Virus record (IMG/VR): IMGVR_UViG_3300017917_002441 | Location: 64,001 to 128,000 of that record | From: a virus | Direction: 5' to 3' (one strand) | Length of the DNA stretch: 64,000 bases | Shown: positions 47,551 to 55,924 of the stretch, piece after piece | Numbering within the stretch: position 1 is the first letter of the stretch | Layout: each line of letters starts with the position of its first letter | Position numbers and translations under genes: made by a program | The notes under the pieces: generated by a model | Database searches by the model: none | Seen by the model: only the letters and a program-made list of their open reading frames with translations | Told to the model about the DNA's origin: nothing

Positions 47551-48747
47551 ATGGCAACCGCCAACGCAACTTATGCGGCACAACGTAACGCCCGCTTCTC
47601 TAACACTAGCTCTAACCTTGTAGACCTGGTTCAACGATACAATGACACCGTGGCTGCTTTGCCTGTACAGGCTCGTCGCAACCACCAAGCCGCACTGGCC
47701 AAAGCACTGAAACAGTTTCGCGCCAACCACCCTGGGCTCACTGTGCTCAGCGATCGTGGTCGCTTCCGTATGTGCAAGAGTCTCATGGGCCGACTCAAGG
47801 ACATTGAGATTGATACCACAATGCAACGTGAGCCCAATTTGAAGTGGATCATCACGATCATCGCCAACTTCCGTGCATATCAAGCACAACCCATTCAGGT
47901 GTACGAACTGCCCGACGGCAACTACGGTGCCTGGGACGGTCAACACACCAGCCTTGCACTGTACCTTATTGGTACACAGGCCCTGGGCATGGCGTTTGAA
48001 GACATTGAAGTTCCCATCAACATTTACGACATCAAGAGCCGCGGCGAGATCCGTAGCAACTTCATCAACAACAACACCACAGTGGGCAAAAACGCTGGCA
48101 AAAAACCTCTAGACATCATTGACATTTTCATGCAGATGATTTACGGTGTAGAAGTTGACGGCGTCTCAGAACAAGAGTGGGTAGATGCGCACGCCAAGTG
48201 GCGACACATTGCCAACGCTGGTATGTTCTTGACTGCTGACAAGTTTAACGATACAGATCAAGTGGGTGCAATTAGTCGTCTCAATGAAGTAGCAGACGAA
48301 GGCACTAGTGTAGAAACTGTGCGTCAGTTCTCTGTGTATGGAAAATACATTGTTGCCAGCCAGCAACGTGCTATCAACACAAAGGAAATTCCCATCATCA
48401 TTGAGCTGTTGAACCTTTGTGCCCAACAAGATATTCAGTGGAGCGATGCTGATATCGAGGACCTTGCGCAACACTGTATTGACTTGTTTGACGCCAACTT
48501 TGACGCCAAGGGTCCATACTGGGATCAAGTGCATCAAGCCAACCTCAATGCTTATAACAAAGCCAACAAGGGCATTCCCAAGCACCTGTGGCCTGAAGCA
48601 CCGCGTAACAGCAAGAACGTGCCACAAGGTATTGCATTTTTCTGGCATCAACTCATGACATCTTGGGTTCCCACCAAAGCCAAAAGTTTCCGTTTCCCCA
48701 AACAACCATTCAGTGCCTACACGCCTGACACCAAGGACTTGTTTTAA
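47551..48747 (+). CDS. ParB/Srx-fold (DGQH motif) protein
   Basis: ID..MQR and WDGQH motifs, F...N. Confidence 0.65.
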   Translation: MATANATYAAQRNARFSNTSSNLVDLVQRYNDTVAALPVQARRNHQAALAKALKQFRANHPGLTVLSDRGRFRMCKSLMGRLKDIEIDTTMQREPNLKWIITIIANFRAYQAQPIQVYELPDGNYGAWDGQHTSLALYLIGTQALGMAFEDIEVPINIYDIKSRGEIRSNFINNNTTVGKNAGKKPLDIIDIFMQMIYGVEVDGVSEQEWVDAHAKWRHIANAGMFLTADKFNDTDQVGAISRLNEVADEGTSVETVRQFSVYGKYIVASQQRAINTKEIPIIIELLNLCAQQDIQWSDADIEDLAQHCIDLFDANFDAKGPYWDQVHQANLNAYNKANKGIPKHLWPEAPRNSKNVPQGIAFFWHQLMTSWVPTKAKSFRFPKQPFSAYTPDTKDLF

Positions 48748-48847
48748 TGAACAGCGATAAAATATTTTATGGCACCATCCTGGCCTTGATGACATTGTTG
48801 TTTGGGCATCCAGGGTGGGCATTTTGTATCTTTTTAATTGCAGTGCT

Positions 48848-49117
48848 ATGACATTGACTTACTACAAAATTCGTAACAAACACAATCCCGAATTATTCCG
48901 TAAGGCCGACGGTACTTGGAATCAATCAGGCAAAGTGTATGACACCTTGGGCAAGCTTCGTGCAATTATCACCCAGCATATGAACAGCACCAGTGATTAC
49001 TATCGTGCTAAGATTCAAGACTGGGAATTTGTTGAATACGAAGTTCGAGAAAAAGAAGTCCGGCAACTGATTGACATTGTGGACAAGAAGAAAATTTTTG
49101 AACTGTTGAAAAAATGA
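48848..49117 (+). CDS. hypothetical protein
   Basis: YKIR...W...GK pattern. Confidence 0.6.
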   Translation: MTLTYYKIRNKHNPELFRKADGTWNQSGKVYDTLGKLRAIITQHMNSTSDYYRAKIQDWEFVEYEVREKEVRQLIDIVDKKKIFELLKK

Positions 49118-49320
49118 TCTATATACTGTTGATTTGGACTGTGGTTGGCTACGGCGGAACTAAGTCTGGTCTCCACACCAAACACGATTGGCGACCCTTG
49201 GGTGAGTTTCATATGGAAGAGGGTCGTATGGGCAAAAAGACTGCACAAGAAATGTGTGAAGATGCGGCCCGAGAGCTTGCACTTAAAAAAGATCGTTATC
49301 GCTGTGTGAGGTCAAAATGA
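49114..49320 (+). CDS. small exported protein with a Cys pair
   Basis: Hydrophobic N-terminus, GEF...C..A...C. Confidence 0.55.
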   Translation: MIYILLIWTVVGYGGTKSGLHTKHDWRPLGEFHMEEGRMGKKTAQEMCEDAARELALKKDRYRCVRSK

Positions 49321-49466
49321 ATTATATTGCGGGTGCCTTGGCCATCGTTGTACTGTTTATTCCGTTGATGGTTGTTCTTTACACGTTTCATAAACGTAAC
49401 AAAGAGATTGATCGTAGATACGAAGAAGCAATGAAACAAATTAAAAAGCGGTATGGAGTTGAATAA
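49317..49466 (+). CDS. single-TM small protein (not in ORF track)
   Basis: 49 aa, coupled at both ends. Confidence 0.55.
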   Translation: MNYIAGALAIVVLFIPLMVVLYTFHKRNKEIDRRYEEAMKQIKKRYGVE

Positions 49467-49828
49467 TGAACGAAACATTGATCCTTGTCACACTGTTGTT
49501 CGCCAAGCACTTTGTCATAGATTTTCCGCTACAAACAAAGTTTCAATGGAGCAATAAAGGCACTTACTTGCACCCAGGCGGACTGTTGCATGCCGCACTG
49601 CATGGCATTGGAACTTGGCTATGCTTTTATTGGTACGCACCTTATGCGACGCTGTACCTGGCTTGGATCGACGCAGTGATTCACTATCACGTTGACTGGG
49701 CAAAAATGAACCTCAATGCCCGACTTGGCTATGGACCAACAACGCATGAACAGTTTTGGTGGTTGCTGGGTTTGGATCAGTTTTTGCATGCACTAACTTA
49801 CATTGGCCTTGTGGCCTTGGTGGTTTAA
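49466..49828 (+). CDS. DUF3307-like membrane protein
   Basis: HF..DF.LQ, H...H, H...D..K, DQ..H. Confidence 0.8.
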   Translation: MNETLILVTLLFAKHFVIDFPLQTKFQWSNKGTYLHPGGLLHAALHGIGTWLCFYWYAPYATLYLAWIDAVIHYHVDWAKMNLNARLGYGPTTHEQFWWLLGLDQFLHALTYIGLVALVV

Positions 49829-50065
49829 ATGGCATATTATGTTGATGGCGTAAGGTACGAAAAACTGCATTTGCCTTGTGGCGGCACTGCTCGCTTTGAC
49901 GAAGCCAGCGGCATCAGTTACAGATGCGAAGATTGTATGGCAGTGGTGGGCAGTATTGGTCAACCAGAGCACTGCAAAAATGTAGCACAAAAGTATGAAA
50001 TTCTTGCCCGACTTGGCAGTAAAATCAAATGGGATTATAATAATGGCTGTGAGGTGATAGAATGA
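49829..50065 (+). CDS. small zinc-binding protein
   Basis: PCG...C..C...C. Confidence 0.6.
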   Translation: MAYYVDGVRYEKLHLPCGGTARFDEASGISYRCEDCMAVVGSIGQPEHCKNVAQKYEILARLGSKIKWDYNNGCEVIE

Positions 50066-50616
50066 AAACATTAATGGAACGTGTGAGCGGGTTTGCTCAA
50101 ATCAAGCCCACCCCGGTGAAACGTGGTGGTGCCAGTTACGACTCTACTTATCGATTCTGTCAGCGAGGGCTCAAGCTGTGCATTTGGATGTACCGCCGCC
50201 TAAAGGTAGAAGATCAAACGGCACGATTGATCCGCGACGTCATGGACTTCTTGTTGCGTAGATACCATGGCTATGCCATCAAAGAAAACATCGGCGCACA
50301 CTACTACGAAAAAGGCTTGCCCCGCGGCGCCAAGACCGAGTTTGAGCACGTGATCCCTGCGGCTGTGGCTCGTGACTTGTTGCTGTATAATCGTATCACC
50401 ATTGACGAAGCCTTGAATATTCCCACATGCCGCTTGAGTGCCAAGCTTCACAAAAAGCTCAACAGCACCAAACTGGGATCTACTACTCCGGACATTTATT
50501 GGTTTTGGCAACGTTATCAAAGCTTGGGAATTCAAGTTGAAACACACGACGGTGTTGACGTTGACACTGTGACTTGGAATCTTGACAAGCATTATCAACA
50601 TTTTGGTATTGTTTGA
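50062..50616 (+). CDS. hypothetical, possible His-Me/HNH-like nuclease
   Basis: EFEHVIP ... H..LN. Confidence 0.5.
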   Translation: MKTLMERVSGFAQIKPTPVKRGGASYDSTYRFCQRGLKLCIWMYRRLKVEDQTARLIRDVMDFLLRRYHGYAIKENIGAHYYEKGLPRGAKTEFEHVIPAAVARDLLLYNRITIDEALNIPTCRLSAKLHKKLNSTKLGSTTPDIYWFWQRYQSLGIQVETHDGVDVDTVTWNLDKHYQHFGIV

Positions 50617-50628
50617 AAGGACTAACAC

Positions 50629-50874
50629 ATGGGCATCATTAACTTATACAGTAGGCCGCTGATTAGGTTTGATGTAAAAAATAAACAACACCGGCAATAT
50701 TATTCTCAGTATCTCATGGACCGGTGCTGGAAACAGTGCCCGGTTCAATTCTACATTGAGCCTGGGTATGGCGATCTTGTGAGCATGATCGAAAGCAAGC
50801 TTGCCTGGTATTATTTGAGCCGAGAAACCAAAAAACCTCTGCCCACACGTGAAGATTCTTGGCTAGGTCGTTGA
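50629..50874 (+). CDS. conserved phage hypothetical
   Basis: RP...FD..N..HR...W..CP..F. Confidence 0.65.
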   Translation: MGIINLYSRPLIRFDVKNKQHRQYYSQYLMDRCWKQCPVQFYIEPGYGDLVSMIESKLAWYYLSRETKKPLPTREDSWLGR

Positions 50875-50906
50875 AAATACTGTTGTTTTTCTGCAACAAA
50901 ATTCGG

Positions 50907-50959
50907 TTGGCCAAAATATCCCAATTTGCTATAATATAGGTATAGTGAATGATAAGGAG
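50907..50959 (+). promoter_or_regulatory. promoter-RBS cassette (variant A)
   Basis: TTGGCC-N17-TATAAT-ATAGGTATAGTG..AAGGAG. Confidence 0.85.
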
Positions 50960-50965
50960 CCTGAG

Positions 50966-51193
50966 ATGACTGAATTTGAAAAGAACTGCTATGGAATGAC
51001 CGAGCAAGCAATTCGTGAAGAGTACATGGAAAGTATTACCGCAAGGTTTTCCGGACTTGAAATGGTTGTGATGGGTATTTTGTCTGATGCCCAGGAGTGC
51101 TCGGCAATGGGTTCCAAAGAAGAAGTTCGCAAGCAACTGAACATTGCCAAGTTCATTCTGTCCGAAATAATGGAAGCCAAGCAAGCGGCTTGA
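50966..51193 (+). CDS. hypothetical early protein
   Basis: LSDAQE...R..LNIAK. Confidence 0.7.
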   Translation: MTEFEKNCYGMTEQAIREEYMESITARFSGLEMVVMGILSDAQECSAMGSKEEVRKQLNIAKFILSEIMEAKQAA

Positions 51194-51246
51194 CCAAAAT
51201 TTCCCAATTTGCTATAATATTGACATAGCGTAACTAAACAGGAGTT
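51190..51246 (+). promoter_or_regulatory. promoter-RBS cassette (variant B)
   Basis: TTGACC-N17-TATAAT..TGACATAGCGTAAC..AACAGGAG; -35 overlaps the upstream TGA stop. Confidence 0.85.
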
Positions 51247-51250
51247 AGAA

Positions 51251-51712
51251 ATGGGTACACGTAGTCGGATTGCTGTGATGCATGGTGAAGTTTGCAAGAG
51301 CGTTTACTGTCACTGGGACGGTTACCTTGAGCACAATGGCTTCCTCCTGATGAATCACTATGACAGCACCAAGGCCAACTTCCTTGTAGCACTGGGCGAC
51401 ATCAGTTCCCTAGGAGAAGAAATTGGTGAAGAGCACCCGTTTGATCAGTACGGTTTGACCCCGGAAGAAAAGGCCCGTTACAAAAACTGGACTACATTTT
51501 ACGGTCGTGATCGTGGTGAAGAAAACGTGGGCTACCGTGTGGACCACAGTTTTGAAGACTTCTTGCGCCGTGTTGACAACTGTGGCGGCGAGTGGTACTA
51601 TGTCATGAAGGACGGTGAGTGGTACTGTGGCAACACTTACGAGGGCCACAAGCTGTACAATCGCTTGACTCCCTTGGCTACTGCAATTTACGAACTCAGC
51701 GAGCAAGAATAA
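51251..51712 (+). CDS. conserved phage hypothetical (YCHWDGY type)
   Basis: MGTRS.I...YCHWDGY...GDIS.L...Y.RDRGE. Confidence 0.75.
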   Translation: MGTRSRIAVMHGEVCKSVYCHWDGYLEHNGFLLMNHYDSTKANFLVALGDISSLGEEIGEEHPFDQYGLTPEEKARYKNWTTFYGRDRGEENVGYRVDHSFEDFLRRVDNCGGEWYYVMKDGEWYCGNTYEGHKLYNRLTPLATAIYELSEQE

Positions 51713-51936
51713 TGCGTGACTTGAACTGGTATCTCAAGTGGTTGGCACTAGCGGCAACTCTCAGTGGCGCACTGTGTACCAGTTTGAGGATTGACCCTTT
51801 GAATGTGTACCTACTGAATTTGGGTGCATTGCTGTACCTGATTTGGAGTGTGCGCATTCGAGAGCTGAATTTGGTAGCCGTCAACGCTGGTTTATTGACC
51901 ATTTACGTTGTAGGGTTATTTTTTGGTAGATCTTGA
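51712..51936 (+). CDS. small 3-TM membrane protein
   Basis: Hydrophobic, TAATG coupling. Confidence 0.65.
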   Translation: MRDLNWYLKWLALAATLSGALCTSLRIDPLNVYLLNLGALLYLIWSVRIRELNLVAVNAGLLTIYVVGLFFGRS

Positions 51937-51985
51937 CCAAAATTTCCCAATTTGCTATAATATAGGTATAGTGAGTAACAAGGAG
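51933..51985 (+). promoter_or_regulatory. promoter-RBS cassette (variant A)
   Basis: TTGACC-N17-TATAAT-ATAGGTATAGTG..AAGGAG; -35 overlaps the upstream TGA stop. Confidence 0.85.
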
Positions 51986-51991
51986 TTTGAA

Positions 51992-52222
51992 ATGACCAGT
52001 CCAGATTATGCAATGTACACCAGCTTTGGCAACGATGCAGTTCACGCAATTGTGCGCCGTGCGCAGATTCTCAAAATGTCTTGGTCGCAAGTGTACGCAG
52101 AACTGGCAGACCTGGCCGAACGCTTTCCTGAAGATTTTGGCGAGGCAACTGACACCGCAGTGCGAGAAGTGGTGTACAGTAAGCTGGGATTTGATCGCAC
52201 CAACCAGTCGTTTTATGTGTAA
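51992..52222 (+). CDS. hypothetical early protein
   Basis: GN.AV..IV...EATDTAVRE. Confidence 0.7.
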   Translation: MTSPDYAMYTSFGNDAVHAIVRRAQILKMSWSQVYAELADLAERFPEDFGEATDTAVREVVYSKLGFDRTNQSFYV

Positions 52223-52300
52223 TACTCAAGTATTACCATTAAAAAGGTTGACCAAAATTGCCCAATTTGCTATAATATAGGTATAGTAAGAAACAAGGAG
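52219..52300 (+). promoter_or_regulatory. palindromic box + promoter-RBS cassette (variant A)
   Basis: GTAATACT-CA-AGTATTAC; TTGACC-N17-TATAAT at 52248-52276. Confidence 0.85.
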
Positions 52301-52306
52301 TTGAAC

Positions 52307-53083
52307 ATGGCTGGTTTTGTTGATGTTAGTAACATGAGTGCATTGGAGATCAAGCGTCTGGGCCAAATGGACGACGATGTAGAGGACCAGCCCCGTCAAC
52401 GCCGTTATGGCAAGTATCCGTCGACTCCCATTGTGGAGTACTCTGTAGACAATGTGTGGGCCGCGGCAGTGGCTGCTCAGCGAGTGAACGGCGCCTACTA
52501 CAAAGAAAATGTTTACAACTGGGACGACGCCACCCAACAACAGATTTTGGTCAAGCGCCGTAATCGCGACGTCATGATGAGTTACTTGCAAGACCCCAGC
52601 CAGCTCACTGCTGAAGACATCCAGCAAGGTCAGAATGTGCGCAACTTTATTCAAAGCGACATTACCTTCCGTGGGCTCAAAGGCAAGCTCACTGACTTTG
52701 ACTCTTCGGCTAGCCGTGTAGCGGCTGTGACTGGGGTGTTCAACACCGCCAAGCACAAGCTTGAACTGGCCACTGTGGCATGTTTGCCAGCCAGTGCCGA
52801 GCGCAGTCGTGCTCGCCAAGAATCCAGCAATCGCATCAGCATGGCCCAGGGTGGCTACATTGGCAAGCCCGATGATCGTGTGGTAGCCAATATTGAAGTG
52901 CTGGAATCATCTTACAGTCAAAAGTGGAATCTGTACTGGATCAAGGGCATTACTGACCAAGACCAACCAGTGTTCTTTAGCTTCAAACGAGGCATTGACT
53001 CTGGTACACGCATGTCAATACAGGGCAACGTCAAGGCCCATCGTGACAACTTGACTCAACTCAACCGTGTCAAAATTGTTTAA
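52307..53083 (+). CDS. hypothetical protein with C-terminal OB-like fold
   Basis: G.VKAH....TQLNRVK ending. Confidence 0.65.
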   Translation: MAGFVDVSNMSALEIKRLGQMDDDVEDQPRQRRYGKYPSTPIVEYSVDNVWAAAVAAQRVNGAYYKENVYNWDDATQQQILVKRRNRDVMMSYLQDPSQLTAEDIQQGQNVRNFIQSDITFRGLKGKLTDFDSSASRVAAVTGVFNTAKHKLELATVACLPASAERSRARQESSNRISMAQGGYIGKPDDRVVANIEVLESSYSQKWNLYWIKGITDQDQPVFFSFKRGIDSGTRMSIQGNVKAHRDNLTQLNRVKIV

Positions 53084-53092
53084 GGAGACAAC

Positions 53093-53221
53093 ATGAAATC
53101 ATTTATCGCAGGCACTATTTTTGGACTGGTGATTGCAACTGTGGGTTTCTCGGGCGTGGCCCGTATGCTGGACAACGGCGTGGCCAAGGTGCAAGAGGTC
53201 AGCAAGGAAGCGGCAAAATGA
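53093..53221 (+). CDS. small membrane peptide (not in ORF track)
   Basis: 42 aa MKSFIAGTIFGLVIATVGFSG..., AAGGAG RBS. Confidence 0.65.
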   Translation: MKSFIAGTIFGLVIATVGFSGVARMLDNGVAKVQEVSKEAAK

Positions 53222-53340
53222 AATACGTAATTCTATCGATTTCCGTAGCAATGCTCACAGCATGCGGTACTGTAGGCGGTGCTGTGTCTGGCGCTGGTCA
53301 GGATCTGACCCGAGCTGGTGAGTGGATTAGAAATCGGTAA
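53218..53340 (+). CDS. entericidin EcnA/B-like lipoprotein (not in ORF track)
   Basis: 40 aa; lipobox LTAC then GTV....GAGQDL..AG.WI. Confidence 0.65.
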   Translation: MKYVILSISVAMLTACGTVGGAVSGAGQDLTRAGEWIRNR

Positions 53341-53359
53341 ACCAGAATTCAAAAAGTGG

Positions 53360-53388
53360 TTGACATCAATTCCGATTTCAGCTATAAT
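53360..53388 (+). promoter_or_regulatory. sigma70 promoter
   Basis: TTGACA-N17-TATAAT. Confidence 0.8.
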
Positions 53389-53459
53389 TTGAATATGTTG
53401 AAAATTGTTCAACATTGTTTTTAAACTTTGATAGGCAACTTTAGAAAGGCAACTTCAAA

Positions 53460-53822
53460 ATGGCAACAGAAAAAATGTTCACTGTGGCAGGTACTGCAAC
53501 TCACAAGGGTGTTACCAAGGTTCGTTTTGCTAACGATCTCGTGGCACGTATCAAGATCCTCAACAAGGCTGGCGCAACTAACGTCAATTTGATTGAACTC
53601 CCCCATGCAATGACCAAGCTTGATGCACTCAAGTATTTGGCAGAGCAAGGCATTACCGAAGGCGATGCTGGTTATGCTGTGTCCAACAAGCTGGCCGAAA
53701 AGTCCAAGGTAGCCAAGAAAGGCGAAGTCAAGGTGGCTGGCAAAGGTCTCAAAGCCAAGACCAAGACCACTGCTGTCAAGGCTGAAGTGCCTAGCGACGC
53801 GGTGGAAAGCACCAACGCTTAA
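53460..53822 (+). CDS. basic Lys/Ala-rich hypothetical protein
   Basis: VAG...KVRFAND...ELP..MTK; K-rich tail. Confidence 0.7.
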   Translation: MATEKMFTVAGTATHKGVTKVRFANDLVARIKILNKAGATNVNLIELPHAMTKLDALKYLAEQGITEGDAGYAVSNKLAEKSKVAKKGEVKVAGKGLKAKTKTTAVKAEVPSDAVESTNA

Positions 53823-53850
53823 TATGGCCAGTAGCTGGGGCTACGGCCCC

Positions 53851-54005
53851 TGCTATAGATAAGTGCTAATAAAGGTATCGTTACAGGACGCTGTAACTAT
53901 TCGGGCCTAACTGGCGAGGAACAGGTCCTGATACAACTGGTTAGTCGCTGTGGAACGGAAGCACCGGACTCCTAAATAGACCACTCTTAGCACTTATCTA
54001 TAGCA
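53851..54005 (+). ncRNA. candidate structured ncRNA closed by a perfect 19-bp helix
   Basis: TGCTATAGATAAGTGCTAA / TTAGCACTTATCTATAGCA enclosing several internal helices; strand inferred from context. Confidence 0.6.
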
Positions 54006-54087
54006 TCAATCAGTGACGAAAAATAGTATTTCGTATAGGGCTGGTATAAGTATTTTTATATCATTGCCCGCAAAGGAAAAATCCCAA

Positions 54088-55170
54088 ATGAAAATATCCC
54101 GCATTCCTAATTTAGGTAGCTTCGGTGTCTACATCGATGACTTTGACATGGACCGTGCCTCCCCCGAGGAGTGGTTAGAAGTTGGTAAAATTTTTGTCAA
54201 AGAACTAGTGGTAGTTTTACGAAACATCAACATCAGCAAAGAACAATACTACGATCAAATTCCAAAGTTTGGCCCAATATACAACATTGCAGGTTCTTAT
54301 TTTTACAAGAAATATGGACACAATAATTTTAATAGAAACCCAGCAACTTGGGAACCCTTGGACGACCTTGACAAGAAGTTCATGGAGACTCGTTACATTC
54401 GCCAAGAAGATATTGGCAATAACAAATACCTTTCTAGAATTTATGGCGGCCGCGATGAGAATGGCCAGAGCCTAGGCTATTTTGATTCTGGTGACTTGTT
54501 TTGGCACAGCAACGAGGCTTCATCCCTGACTTTTGCTCCGTGTGTGTCATTATTGGGCTGGGAATCCATGGGTGGCAGCTCAACTGGATTCACCCAAACA
54601 GTTGATGTTTATGAAAACTTGCCCGAAAGCCTGCGCAAAGAACTTGATGAAATGGTGTTGGTACATGACTATGTTCCAGGTGTAGTCAACCCTGGCGAAA
54701 TCACAGACCCAGTTATGGCCAAGCACACACTGATGAACTTTGGTCCTTTCCCGGGCATGGAAACACCTTTGGTGTGTACTGCCCCCAACGGGCGCAAAGG
54801 ACTGCATTATGCAATTCACTCACGCAATGGCATTCGTGGTATGTCAAAAGAAGAGTCTGACAAACTGTTTGCACGACTTGACAAACTGATCTTTGCCGAA
54901 AACAATGTGTACGATCACTGGTATGACGAGCAACGTCGAGATTTGTTGTTGTTTGATAACAGTGTTACACTGCATCGTAGAATTGGTCACCAAGAAGGCC
55001 GCCTGGCATATCGTGTTCAGTTTACGCCCAGCGAAGTAGTTGAAAAGCCTTGGCTGCCTTGGGCACACATGCCAGCATGTGATCAACAATACCGTATCGA
55101 AATGAAAACATTGGTTGACTTGACTGGTGGCGACTTGCAGGCTCGATACAAAGTACCCGAGTTAGTTTAA
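54088..55170 (+). CDS. TauD/TfdA-family 2OG-Fe(II) dioxygenase
   Basis: WHS.., T.F......YE.L, PLV......G.KGL, H.Y...D...FDN...LHRR. Confidence 0.82.
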   Translation: MKISRIPNLGSFGVYIDDFDMDRASPEEWLEVGKIFVKELVVVLRNINISKEQYYDQIPKFGPIYNIAGSYFYKKYGHNNFNRNPATWEPLDDLDKKFMETRYIRQEDIGNNKYLSRIYGGRDENGQSLGYFDSGDLFWHSNEASSLTFAPCVSLLGWESMGGSSTGFTQTVDVYENLPESLRKELDEMVLVHDYVPGVVNPGEITDPVMAKHTLMNFGPFPGMETPLVCTAPNGRKGLHYAIHSRNGIRGMSKEESDKLFARLDKLIFAENNVYDHWYDEQRRDLLLFDNSVTLHRRIGHQEGRLAYRVQFTPSEVVEKPWLPWAHMPACDQQYRIEMKTLVDLTGGDLQARYKVPELV

Positions 55171-55244
55171 CCAAATTGGCATAATTAATGTTATGCCAAT
55201 TATCTATATAAGTCGGCCACAAACTTGGCCGACACAAAACCCCA

Positions 55245-55487
55245 ATGTCTGTTTTAAATTTTAAATCAGCAGATCCACTTTATATTGTGATCATGCGAGA
55301 AGGTCAGGCCGAAGCACTATTTCGTTCCTGGATCAAAACCAATCGAATAGAGCATGCTATTGTCAACGGCAATCGTATGATGTTGCATCATCAAAATGCA
55401 TTTGACAGACTGTTGGTTAGTTGGAGTCATAGCTGGGACAATATCACTATCTGGGACACGTGGCATAGGCGTCACATTTACATTTGA
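55245..55487 (+). CDS. hypothetical protein
   Basis: 80 aa. Confidence 0.55.
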   Translation: MSVLNFKSADPLYIVIMREGQAEALFRSWIKTNRIEHAIVNGNRMMLHHQNAFDRLLVSWSHSWDNITIWDTWHRRHIYI

Positions 55488-55515
55488 TCAAGAGTGCCAA
55501 AATCCTTGGAATTTA

Positions 55516-55544
55516 TTGACACCTCCTTGTGCGGCTCGTATAAT
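55516..55544 (+). promoter_or_regulatory. sigma70 promoter
   Basis: TTGACA-N17-TATAAT. Confidence 0.8.
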
Positions 55545-55568
55545 TAATGCTGTTACAAGGAGAACTAC

Positions 55569-55757
55569 ATGTCACAACAACACGACACTATTAAACAAGC
55601 ATTCGAAACTTATCTAGCCGAGAACGAAAAGTTTACAGCCAAGGGCGTCAAGGCATCTGCCGCACGTGCCCGCAAAGCTTTGCAAGAACTTAGCAAAGCC
55701 ATCAAAGAACGTCGCAAAGAAATCACAGCAGAAAAAGAAGCTCTGGCCGCCAAGTAA
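55569..55757 (+). CDS. histone H1-like Hc1 family protein
   Basis: EKF..KG.KA.A.RARK.L.EL.K..KE.RKE. Confidence 0.8.
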   Translation: MSQQHDTIKQAFETYLAENEKFTAKGVKASAARARKALQELSKAIKERRKEITAEKEALAAK

Positions 55758-55924
55758 TGAGTCAGTGTTTCACCAGAAGTGTGATCCAAGATCCTGACAA
55801 CCCCGAAGACCTGTTGCTGGACCTTGGCACAGAACTCTGTGAACTAGCCGGGTGGAAGCCCGGCGATGTCATTGAGTGGATAGATAACAAGGACGGAACA
55901 TGGACTCTACGGAAACAAAGTTAA
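55757..55924 (+). CDS. AbrB/MazE-like small protein (not in ORF track)
   Basis: 55 aa, L.L...L....GW..GD.IEW...DG...LRK. Confidence 0.7.
   Translation: MSQCFTRSVIQDPDNPEDLLLDLGTELCELAGWKPGDVIEWIDNKDGTWTLRKQS

Noticed and set aside
50907-52300. Clustered near-identical repeats as a CRISPR array
   Set aside because: They are separated by whole genes (roughly 280-740 bp) and contain -35/-10/RBS elements; no cas genes are present.
53851-54005. MITE or SRP (4.5S) RNA
   Set aside because: There is no target-site duplication or second copy; the SRP-like CAGGTCC and GGAAGCA are separated by about 28 nt instead of a GNRA tetraloop.
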